Origin: Vicugna vicugna
Lineage: Eukaryota
Length of the DNA: 64,000 nt
Assembly: GCA_013265495.1 (NCBI GenBank)
Contig: MU057887.1
Span: 3,559,668-3,623,667 of the forward strand
Direction: 5' to 3'
The notes beneath the pieces were generated by a model. That model saw nothing but the letters and a program-made list of their open reading frames with translations, had not been told where the DNA came from and made no database searches. Of the stretch, positions 1 to 10,603 are shown in pieces; within the stretch, counting starts at the first letter, position 1, and every line of letters begins with the position of its first letter. The position numbers and the translations under genes are program-made.

Positions 1-1289
1 GAAGGGGTGGGGGAGCACTGGGGGCTGAGGGCTGCGAGGGGCAGCGGGGTTCCAGGGGGTCTGCCCAGCCCGCCCGCCTCCTTTGAGTGCCGTGGTCCTC
101 GCACCTGGGCAGTTAGTACCTGAGCACCCGCTCTGGGGTCCCCGCGAAGCCGAAAGGCCCCGGAGCAGCAGTGGCTCGGAGCCCGAGCCAGTCTCCCCTG
201 GCAGCTCCCACCTTGGCCTTCGTTTAAACCCGAAAATCAGTGGTTTCATGACAGTTTCCATCCGCAGATTAAATCCTAAAATGTTTTCAGAGGAGGAAGA
301 GGCCCAGAATGTTCCCTGGTTTCTGCAAGGATTTGAGGTTAGGGCAGTGGCAAGAAGCAGCCCAGCCCCGGGGGAGGGGCGGCAGGAGGCCGTCAGCATG
401 GGGCACGCCCCCAGGGCAGAGGCTGGGCCCTTCTGAGCTGGTAAGGCCTGTGCCCACGTGGACAGGCGGGGCAGGTCCACCGCTTAGGATTCTCCACCAT
501 ATGCCTTCTTGGGAGTGGGCTGGCCCTGTCCACCCAAGTGTCCTAGGTGGGGGGGGGGGGCGTCCTGCTAAGCCGCACTGGTGCTCCACTGCACCAAGTG
601 TACAGGTTGAAGAGTGAAGGCTCGGGGTGGAGCGGGTAGGACTGCAGCCAAGGTCAGCCAGTGGTCAAGGCCCTGGGCGAGATCCCACCTCTGGACACAT
701 GCTTGGATGGAGGTGAGCAGCCCCAGCCCTGGGCCCCAACCACATCAGCACAGAGGCCGGAGCTGCAGCTGTCCACTCCGCTCCCACAGACATCGGCTTT
801 CTGAGTGCAGGTGTGCCAGGGCAGCAGCGGCAGAGGGCTGGCATACAGGGCCTGCACCTTCTCCCCCAGGGCAAGCCAGATGCAAGCCCCCAAGCCGGAG
901 ACCATCGGGAGGAGTGGCTTCTCCAATGACCAAGTGACGCCCAGGAGGAGCGAAGGCCTGTCGGAGTGACCTCCCGGAATCCCAAGGATGAAGAGACCAG
1001 CTCAAAAAACGCAGAGAGGAAAGAATCTTCAGTCAGACTGAACCTGATTGGCAACTGGCGAAGGGGTGCCTGTCAAGATTCTAAGAAAATTGAATCTAGA
1101 ACCTAGAACACCACACAGTGAAGTCAGCATTCAAGTGAGACAGCAAAGTACAGGTGTCTTCACAGCCTGTAAACATCCACACACACTGTGAGTCTCTCAA
1201 GAAGGACTAAAAGATACAACCTAACAAAATGAGAGGTGAGTCCAAGAGAAAGGATGGACACCAACAAAGAAGCCAGTTCATACTGCGTA

Positions 1290-1465
1290 CAGAACAGAGG
1301 AGCAACGAGGCCTTCCCAGAGAACACGGAGCTGTGCTCAGTGGTCTATAGGGACCTGTAATGGAAAGGAATACATGTATACATGTGTGTGACTGAACCAC
1401 TATGCTGTGTGCCAGAAACTAACGCAGCATTGTAAATCTAAAAAGAAAAATAGGGGAAAAAAAAG
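1290..1465 (+). mobile_element. 5'-truncated L1 3' end (artiodactyl-type) with A-rich tail
   Basis: ...GTGACTGAACCACTATGCTGTGTGCCAGAAACTAACGCAGCATTGTAAATC followed by A-rich tail; homologous to the L1 3' end at 56115-56545. Confidence 0.7.
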
Positions 1466-1559
1466 AAGCAGCCAGTTTAGACCATCCAAAGAAAGGTAAG
1501 TTGAGAGGGAGCCCCACGTGAGCTCCCGTGGCCTATGGCAGGGGAGCAAGGGGCAGGGA

Positions 1560-3070
1560 GAGAGCATGCTGAGGTCTTCGTGTTGTCCGAGGCTCATAGG
1601 ATCTGTGGGGAAAAGTCCAAAATGGTGAGATATCAAGGTTTCCACTAGAAAAATGGAAATAGGATTTATAGATTTCAAAACAGCCTAGGGAGAGCTGAAA
1701 TGAAGAAAAATTGACAGTGCCTACAAAAAGCAGAAAAGAGGAAAAGATAAATACTTGATAAGTAAGGACCATCGTATGAGATGACAGGAGTAAATTCAAA
1801 CATTGAGTCTTTGGAGACATGACTGAATTAAGTTCCTCTGTTCAAAGATAGAGACTCTCAAATTAGAATGTAAATATTGTTAAATACCGTTTACAAGAAA
1901 CACACCTAAAATGTCACAGAGATTGAAAATAAAAGGATGGAAAGTATGTACCATACAACTTTTATTCCTCAAAAAACCATGAAGAGAATGAAAAACTAAA
2001 GACGAAGGTTTTTGCAACACATATATACCTTGCAAGTGATTAGAATCCAGAATATAGAAAGAACCCTTTCAAGTCTATGAGAAAAAGACAAGCCCGTAGA
2101 AGGATGAGCAGATCCCATAACCAGTTTCCTTGTGGAGAACACAGAAAGGGCCAGCAACCTCTGGCAATTTCAGAAATGCAAGCTAAAAACCACATCAATG
2201 AGCACTGCTGTTAAAGTCCGACAAGGCCCAGTGATGGCTATGAGGCAGGTCAGCTGAGACTCGCATGTGGTGCTGGCCAGACGTCAGGTGGCACTGCTGT
2301 CTGGGTAGACAGTATGGCCTTCCTCAGAGAAATTGGCCGTGTTCATCAGTTATCTCTTGCTGCATAACAAACCAGCCCCAAAACTTTGTAGCCCAAAACA
2401 AGTCATTCCTTTTGTTCGTGAGTCTGCTGTTTGGGCAAGATTCAGAGGGCTCTGCTGGTCTGTGCCATCCTGCCACCCCCGGGGGCACTTCCACCGGGGG
2501 CTAAAGAGGCCACAGCCAAGACAGTGCCTCATGTGGCTGACAAGCTGGCTCAGACTATTGTCCGAGGACCTTGGGGACCTCCTCGTGGGAGGGTGGCCAG
2601 ATCCCCAGAGCAAGAGTCCCAGGGGAAGCAGGTGGGTACTGGATCACATCGTAGCCTCCGAGGTCACAGCGTCCCTGCTGCACGAAGCCGCCCAGACTCG
2701 GGAGGTGAGAGACACGCCCCGCTTCCTGTGGAAGAAGAGGTGCCTGTTGCGGGGAGACATTGCAGCAGTTTGGGAAACACTTGCTCCCTGCTGTAGGGTT
2801 CGTAGGGTTCAGCTGATACATATTCTGGGGTACGTCCTATGCCAGGAAACCTGCACTGGTCCATCAGGAGATGTGTCAGGGTGCCAAGCAGCGCTGTTTT
2901 TAACAGCAAAAATACTGAGGGGAGACCCTTAAGTGTCCAGGGACAATAAAATGAATAAAGTGAGGTGTGTCCACGTGACGGAATAGCACACAGCCACTGT
3001 GATGAATGAATCACGCCACCTGGAGCCTCGGGGCCACATTTCAGACACGTGACGCTAAACAGGAGAAGTG
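1560..3070 (+). mobile_element. Decayed ancient L1 (L1M-type) fragments
   Basis: A-rich strand with L1 ORF2/3'UTR-like phrases (GATTAGAATCCAGAATATAGAAAGAAC, GAAATGCAAGCTAAAAACCAC, GCAGCGCTGTTTTTAACAGCAAAAATACTG); interrupted by a MaLR fragment. Confidence 0.5.
2340..2640 (-). mobile_element. MLT1-type (ERVL-MaLR) LTR fragment
   Basis: TCAGTTATCTCTTGCTGCATAACAAACCAGCCCCAAAACTTTGTAGC resembles the reverse-complement 3' end of MLT1 LTRs. Confidence 0.5.
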
Positions 3071-4899
3071 CCCTACAAAGTGAGATTCCTCGTCCCCTCG
3101 GCAGAGCTGGGGGTGTGCGTGTCGGTACGTGCACACCAACACACACTTGTACCTTTTCCGCTATCCCCGAATGAACCTTGAGTCCATACTGACAGCCTCA
3201 GTTCCAATACGACAGATTTCGCTCTGTCCTCCCCCCTTTCTGTGTTTATGATTTTCAACAGTGAGAAGCCTCTGCATGCAGCTCACAGCTCAATCCCCAT
3301 TGTGCGTCTGGCTCTCCCAGCCAGAAACTTGGCCCAAGAGGCACCAACCACCAGCCCCCATCAGATGCATCTTCCAGAGGCTCAGCCCTGGGGACACCCC
3401 TGCCCCTCCTAGCCCACAGCCCTGCACCCACCTCACCCCAGGGTATCTGTGACTGAGAGCTTCAGACTGATGAAGAACAAAGGCAAGGAGACATTGGTGT
3501 TACTCTGTAATGTCCTGTTTTCTGGTAGAAGTAATTTTATAAAATCCTTTTTCTTTCTTCTCATTTCACATCTAGCCTTTCATTTAGTAGACCAAGCTTT
3601 CACAAGCAAACTGAACCTCCTTAAAGTGGCATTTTCTCACTTCAGAATTTGGGAAATATCGTGGTTACTGACTATTCACCTCTAATGGAAACCTAGTTAT
3701 TTGCATAGGTTCAGTGGAAATCGGTCCTGTTTTTTTTAACCAGGATGTAATTAGACAAAATGATTGTGCTTCCACGCCTTCCGTGGGTGTCACACCTGAG
3801 AGCACATCTCCTGGGGCCCAGCCTGACCCACCCACCTCGAGAACAAGGGTTATAGCTTCTGTGCTGAGCCAGGGCCACAGCCCACACCAGGACCTGTACT
3901 GTGCACCAGGTCTCAGTCTTACAAGCCGCAAGGAGACTTCCCTCCTCGCCCAGCTGCTGCAGGCAGACCGGAGGGAGAGTCCTTTGGCTCGGTTTCCTAA
4001 CCTAGGAACAGAAGAGCCTGCAAGAAAAATGAAACCTCAGGTGTGAGAGAGGCTCGACCCTACATTTCTGGGGATGACACCTCCAGACAGAAGCTGACTT
4101 TCCGGCCTTGGTCGTTGGGTGACCTCACATGGCTTAGACATGCCAGCCAGCAGGGAGGTGCAAGCGTGTTAATTACCACTTCTCCCCTCACCCGTGGGGG
4201 TGAATCAGGTCCAAACACGAGACCAGCCTTCTGCGAGATTATGTAACATCACAGAGGGGGCTAATGAAAATTTTCCAAAACATCAGTGAGCAGAGGGCAG
4301 TGGTGGGTCCTTCCGACGGGAGGCTGGGTGTGGTCTGGCAAAGCTGCCAAGGTGGGTTTTAGATTCTCTAGGGTGTGCGGCTGTGTCACTTGCTCTATTT
4401 CACTATTGGTGATGCTTTTTACAACTCTGTAAGTGTGGCCTTTAGCTTGCAGAGAATGGGTGGCCAGGTCATGTGATTCTTGTCTGATAGCAAGTGAATT
4501 TTGCCCAGGGATAAGTGGCAGAAATTATCTCTGTAGAAAAGATTAGTTAGAAGAGGTTGCAGTTGTACGGCCCTGTAGGACATTCACCAATTTTCAATCT
4601 AAATTAGCCAGCTCAGTCAAACAAGCTTTTTTCAGCCACTACAAGTTCTTCCCTCTCGCAAGTCTTTTGAACCAGCCTCACCAACCACCAATGCCAGTTT
4701 CCTTATGAACAATTTAAATAAATCTTTAACACATCCTCATTTTAGAGCCATAGAGTCATATGTTTAACTTTTTGAAAACGGTGCTTTGGCATCTCCTGTA
4801 TCTAGCTGCCTCCCCAGCATCTCCTCTGCAATGTCTGCTCGGCACACCAAGCTCATCGTGCCTGGCCTCCATCCCCAAACGTCTCCTCTGCTGCCTTCA

Positions 4900-5305
4900 C
4901 CGTCTTCACCCCGCCCCCCCCCAGAAAAAACGTACATCAGCATCCTAATCTCTGCACCTGTGAACGGGACCTGCCTTGGAAGCAGGGTCTTTGCAGGTGA
5001 TCAAGTTAAGGTGAGGTCATTGGGGCCTGATCCAGGGATGTGTCCCGTAAGAAGAGGGAACTCTGGACACACACCTGGGGAAAGGGCCATGTGACAACAG
5101 AGGGAGGGGCTGGGGGTGCACAGCTGCATGCCCAAGAACGCCAAGAAGCCGGAAGAGGCAGGAAGCATCCTCCCCAACGGGTTTCAGAGGGAGGCAGCCC
5201 TGCCGGCTCCTCAATCTCAGACGTCCAGCCTCCGGGACGGGGAGACAGCGGTCTCTGTGGCTGACACGCCGGGCTGCGGCGCTCTGTCACGGCCGCCCAG
5301 GGTAC
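4900..5305 (+). mobile_element. MLT1-type (ERVL-MaLR) solo LTR
   Basis: CCTAATCTCTGCACCTGTGAA, AGGGTCTTTGCAGGTGATCAAGTTAAGGTGAGGTCAT, GGCCATGTGACAACAGAGG, GAAGCCGGAAGAGGCAGGAAGCATCCTCCCC in MLT1 order. Confidence 0.75.
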
Positions 5306-5349
5306 TGATCTACCGCCTGTGTAATGGTGACTCCATGCTTCCAGAGTGA

Positions 5350-5638
5350 GACAGTCTCCCTGCTCACATTTGAGCCATCAGCAAATCCTGTGAGCTCCCC
5401 CTTCAAAATGTGTCCAGAACCCGCCCCATGTCACCACCTCCTCTGTCCCTACCCCGGGGCCAGGCACTGTTGTCTCTCACCCGGGTCATCCAGGTGCCCT
5501 GGCTAGTCTCTCGGCTTCCCCCCCGGCAGCTCCGTATCTTGTTTCTGCCCAGCAGCCCAAGCCATACGGCCACTACTGTGCTGAGAACCTCCCAGTGGCT
5601 CCCCATCTCTCTCAGAGCAAAAGCCAAAGTCCTCCCGT
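5350..5638 (-). mobile_element. L2 LINE fragment
   Basis: CCATCAGCAAATCCTGTGAGCTCCCCCTTCAAAAT and CAGTGGCTCCCCATCTCTCTCAGAGCAAAAGCCAAAGTCCT are L2-like; orientation uncertain. Confidence 0.45.
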
Positions 5639-5639
5639 C

Positions 5640-6510
5640 GACAACCAAAAAAATAACTCAATTAAGGAATGGGCAAAGGACTTGAATAGACAGTTCTCTA
5701 GAGAAGACATACAGATGGCCAATAAGCACATGAAAAGTTGCTCAACATCATTAGCCACCAGGGAAATGCAAATCAAAACCACGCTGGGTTACCACCTCAC
5801 ACCCTCTAGCATGGCTGGAATCAGAAAGTCAGATAGTAACAAGTGTTGGTGAGGATGTGGAGAACCTGCGACCCTCTTGCCTGGCGGGTGGGAATGAAGA
5901 GCGGTACAGCGCTCTGGAAGGCTGCTGGGCAGCCCCTCACAATGCTAAACACAGAGCTACCATGTGACCAGCAGTTCCACTTCTAGGTTTAGGCTCAAGA
6001 GAAAGGAAAATGCACGTCCTCACAGAACCTGTGCATGAGCATTCATATGCGTGCTAGCCAAAATGTGGAAACAAACCAAATGTCCATCAACTGATGAATG
6101 GATAAATAAAATGTGGTCCAGCCATAAATCGAATACTGTGTGCCAGTGAAGTGCAACAGAGCATCGCAACGTGCTAGGACAGGGACGAACCTTGAAAATG
6201 TTGTGCAAAGTGAAAGAAGCTACAAGGCCACATACTGCCTAGTTCCATTTACATGAAATGCCCAGAACAGGCAAATCCATGGAGACAGAAAGCAGATTAG
6301 TGGTCGCCAAGACCTTGGGGGAGGGGAGATGGGGAGTGACTGCAGATGGGTGTGGAGTTTCTTGGGGGATGCTGAAAAAGTTCTAGAACTGACTGTGGTA
6401 AGGGTTGCACAACCCTGTGCAATTACTAAAAGCCACTGAATTGTACATTTTCAACGATTGAACTGTAGGGTATGTGAATTATATCTCAATAAAGCTGTTT
6501 TTAAAATACA
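5640..6510 (+). mobile_element. L1 (L1M) ORF2 C-terminus and 3' UTR, 5'-truncated
   Basis: ORF-track peptide [51 protein letters not shown] is L1 ORF2 C-terminal sequence; ends TATCTCAATAAAGCTGTTTTTAAAA. Confidence 0.9.
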
Positions 6511-8367
6511 TTGAATAAATAACTACATAAATTTAAAAATTAAGAATAACATCAGAGACTTCTTGTTCAGGAGTGGATGATGTAGACTCATCTCTTCCTG
6601 TTCCTCTGACTAAAAATAACTTTAAAAATTGAGAAATAATACAGCAGACAAATTACAGGACTCTGGTAGGTAAAGAAAAATACAACTGAAGGGAAAACAA
6701 AGCAGCCTGGAATCTCCCATCCCCACCAGAGGCCCAGTGTCCGGGCACCCTCCCACCCCGCACCCTGGGGAAGCCCGGCTGTCCTCCCACGGGGAAACTG
6801 AGCAGGAACCCTGCTGGCACCAGGTCTCAGGAAGCATCCTCCATTCTGTGGGTCAAACCTCTCCCACTCTCCACCCACCAGCTCTGGGCAGCCTGGAGAA
6901 TCTCCTCTGTCCCCACAGGCAACACCAGCAAAATGCAGTGGAAACTCCAGTGGCACCAGATGAACAAAACATACCAGAATAGACATGCATGGGCTCTGAA
7001 AACTAAATTATCGTTGGAACCACAACCCACAAAAGTAGGCCAGGACGTGTTTCACCTAAACAGTAGCAGGGTGACTGCCTGCTAAAATAGAAGACTTAAA
7101 CAGGATTCAGAGTCTCCCAACATGATATCCAAACCATTTAGATTATAATTTTGAAAATCACTTGTCATACCAAGAATGTAAATGAGAGAAAACAGTCAAC
7201 AGATACCAACACTGAGATGAATCAGATGTTGGTGTTACCTGATGGGGGTTGTAAAGCAGCCATCACAAAAATGCTTCAACAAGCAATCACAAGTTATCCT
7301 GAAATAAATTAAAAAAAAAAGAAGGAGGAGAAGGAGAAGAAGAATGAAAATCTTACCATAGAAGCTAGTTCTTAAAAAAGAGGGGGGGGTGGGATTATAG
7401 AACTGAAAAATACACCAAAATTTAAAACTCACTGAATGGGCTCAATAACACAATGAGTATGACAGGAAAAAGAGTCCATGAACTAGAAGATACACAGTAG
7501 AAATTACTCAATCTGAACAACTGAGAGAAAACAGACTGAAGTGGGAAAAAAAAGAACAAAGCTTCAGGAACTTGTGGTTCTATAAACACAAATAAATCTA
7601 ACATTTGTGTCATTGGATCCCAGAATGAGAGGAGAAAGTGTGAGGCTGAAAAAGTATTTGAAGAACTAAATGGGAGAAACATTCCAAATTTGGCAAAAGA
7701 CATAAACCTACACATTCAAGAAGCTGAGTGAATACCAAACAAGATAAATCCAAAGAAATATACACCACACACACATGATTAAACTCCTAAAAACTAGTGC
7801 CAAAGAGAAAATCTTGAAAGCAGAGAGAAATAGCACACTGCGTTGAAGGGAAGAACAACTGGAATAACGGTGGGGTTTTTATCAGAAACCACGGAGGCCA
7901 GGAGGAAGTGGCGTATTTTTCAAATGCTGAAAGGAAAGGACTGCCAACCATGAATTGTAGATCTAGTGAAAATATGCTTCAGGAATGAAGGGGAAATAAA
8001 AACACTCACAGACAAAGAAAACTAAAATAATTTGTCACTGGCAGAACCACCCTTAAAGAAAAGCTAAAGGAAGTTCTTCAAACAGAAAAGAAGTGATAAC
8101 AGAAGGCTTGGAACTTCAGGAAGGAAAGAAGAAGAATGGAAGGGGTAAGACAGAGGTACATATGATGATAATTATCCTTCTAGTCATGAGTTGCTGACAT
8201 CGTACAGGATGGTTGAAGCAAAACTTACAACACTATCTGGTGTGCTGTTAAATGTATGCATCGGAAATACTTCAGATAATCCTATTTTTTAAATGAGGAT
8301 GGTAAAGGGAGCTAAATGAAAGTAAGGGTTTTACACATCACTCAAAGTGCTAAAATTATATCAATAG

Positions 8368-8533
8368 GGCCCTCTCTCTCCTCCTTCGGAGACAGCCTGC
8401 ACTCTGTCTATGGAGTGTGTACCTACTTTTACTTTAATCTGAGCACCCAACCCCCACACTTCGTGGCCTTTCTCTCGTCTTTCAATGCATCTCTCTAAAC
8501 AAATCTACCTTTACTCAAAAATAAATAAATAAA
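8368..8533 (+). mobile_element. Retroposed LTR R-region copy with A-rich tail and 17-bp TSD
   Basis: TAAAATTATATCAATAG at 8351-8367 and 8534-8550; tail AAAA(ATAA)n; body aligns to 45331-45497 of the solo LTR. Confidence 0.85.
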
Positions 8534-9777
8534 TAAAATTATATCAATAGTCTGTGGTAATTTATTTACATATATTGTACTACCCAGAGAGCCACTGAGA
8601 AAACTAAAACAAAATGTCATACTCAAAAACACTGTAAAAATCAAAATGGAATTCTAAAACATGTTCAGTATCCCACAGGAAGGCAAGAGAAGTGAAAGAG
8701 AAAAGTGATTAAGAGAGGAAACAAACAGAAAACAAATAATAAAATGGCACACTTGAGCCTTAAAATAGCAAAGTTTTAAATGGAAATGTCTAAATGCACT
8801 GATTAAAACACAGATTGTTAGAGTGGATTTTAAAAAACACAACTCAATTATATGCTGTCTACAGGAAGCTCACTTCAAACATAACGACATAGGTAGAGTA
8901 AGAATAAAAGAATGAAAAAAGACTAATCCAAATATTAGCCAAAAATGTAAGACTGGCTATAGTATATTATTTACTACATATTATTATGTACACTATATAC
9001 TATATTCATATTTATTATATATTAAAGTCAGATAACATAAAGAAAATTACTAGGAACAAAGAGGAGCATTACATGATGATAAAAGGATCAATCCAGCTGC
9101 ATGATATAATAACCTTAAATATTTATGCACCAAACAACAGAGCTAAAAATATATAAAGCAACAAAATGATAGAGCTGAAGAAGAAAAAGACAAATCCAAC
9201 CTTATAGTTAGGGACTGCCACTCCCCACTCTCAGCAACTGATAGGACTTCTAGACAGAAAGTCAACAAAGACATGGAAGAACTCAACACCGTCATCAACC
9301 AACAGGATCTAAACGACATTTACAGAACTCCAGCAAACAAAAGCAGAATAAACATCCTTTTCAAAAACCCATGTAACATTATCCAACATAGACCATATCC
9401 TGGGTCATAAAACAAACCCCAGGAAATTTAAAAGGATAGAAATCACATAGGGTATGTTCTCTGATCATAATAGAATCAAACTAGAAATCAACAGCAGAAA
9501 GACCACAAGAAAACATCCAGATATTTGGAAACTAAACAATAAACTTCTAAATAAGCCATGGGTCAAAAAGGAATGCTCAAGGAGATTTTTTTAGTATTGA
9601 ACTGAATAAAACAGAAATACATTATATTAAAATTTCTGAGAGACAACTAAAGCAGAACTGAGAGAAAAATCTATAGCACTAGATATGTATCTGAGAAAGA
9701 GGGAAAGGTTCAAATCAATCATTTAAGCTCCCATCTTAAGAACCTACACACACATACAATAAAAAGAGCAAAAATAA

Positions 9778-9904
9778 GGGGGGGAGGTCTAGCTCAGTGG
9801 TAGAGCATGTGCATAGCATGCAGGAGGTCCTGGGTTCAATCCCCAGTACTTCCAATAAAAAATACATAAATAAATGAAACCTAAAAAAGAAAGAAAGAAA
9901 AAAG
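9778..9904 (+). mobile_element. tRNA-derived SINE (camelid Vic-1-like) inserted in L1
   Basis: GGGGGGGAGGTCTAGCTCAGTGGTAGAGC (A box) ... GGTCCTGGGTTCAATCCCCAGTAC (B box), then AT/A-rich tail; two more copies in the window. Confidence 0.85.
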
Positions 9905-10148
9905 AAGCACAAAGCAAGCGTAAGGAAGAAGATTATACAAATTAGAGTAGAAATCAATGGAACTGAAAACAGAAAAACTAGAGACAAAGATTTTTTAACA
10001 GAGCTGGTTCTTTGAAAAGATCGATGAAATTGACAAATCTCAGGCAAGACTGACAAAGAAGTAAAAGAGGAGAAGACAAGTCACCAATATCAAGAATGAA
10101 ACAGGAGACATCACTTCAGATCCTATAAACATAGATGAATAAGAGAAT

Positions 10149-10508
10149 TGTGATGGTTAATTTTATGTGTCAACATGGCTGGGCTGCAGTGCCCAGATAT
10201 TATTCTGGAGATTATTGTGAGGGTGCTTTAGGATGAGATTTAGAATTAAATCAATAGATTTTGAGTAGGTGGGCCTTATCCAATCAGTAGGAGGCCTGAA
10301 CAGACAAAAGGCTGACCTCTGGCAAACAAGAGGGAATTCCCCAGCAGACTGCCTTCTGCGTTCACCTACAACATCGGCTCCTCCTGGTTCTGTGGCAGAC
10401 AACCTTTGGACTTGAACTTTGACCCTCTCCTGAGTCTCCAGCCTGCTGGTCGCCTTCATCAGATTTTGAACCCACCAAGCCTCTGTGATCTCATGAGCCT
10501 GTTGCTTC

Positions 10509-10564
<56 letters not shown>

Positions 10565-10603
10565 CTCCTATTGGTTCTGTTTCTCTGGAAAACTCTCATC
10601 ATA
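10149..10603 (+). mobile_element. MLT2-type (ERVL) solo LTR
   Basis: Starts TGTGATGGTTAATTTTATGTGTCAAC; contains CCAATCAGTAGGAGGCCTGAACAGACAAAAGGCTGACC; ends TCCTATTGGTTCTGTTTCTCTGGAAAAC. Confidence 0.85.
10514..10562. repeat. (TG)n microsatellite, ~24 units, inside the MLT2 LTR
   Basis: Uninterrupted TG run. Confidence 0.95.

Larger units (their letters stand above)
6560..10148 (+). mobile_element. Decayed L1: 5' region, ORF1 and ORF2 endonuclease part
   Basis: ORF1-like (CCAAATTTGGCAAAAGACATAAACCTACACATTCAAGAAGCTGAG, AAAATCTTGAAAGCAG) and endonuclease-like (ATATGCTGTCTACAGGAAGCTCACTTCAAAC, AATATTTATGCACCAAAC, ATAGACCATATCCTGGGTCATAAA, TTCTCTGATCATAAT) segments with many stops. Confidence 0.85.

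Noticed and set aside
1..1050. GC-rich start of the window with overlapping ORFs; possible exon of the neighbouring gene (BRD1 by synteny)
   Set aside because: No recognisable protein similarity or supported exon structure.
3480..4780. AT-richer stretch that might be a decayed retroelement coding region on the - strand
   Set aside because: My partial translation had frequent stops and no identifiable motif; needs a Dfam or tBLASTn search.
9785..9856. tRNA-like sequence with A and B boxes
   Set aside because: Head of a SINE with an A-rich tail and related copies elsewhere; not an intact tRNA gene.
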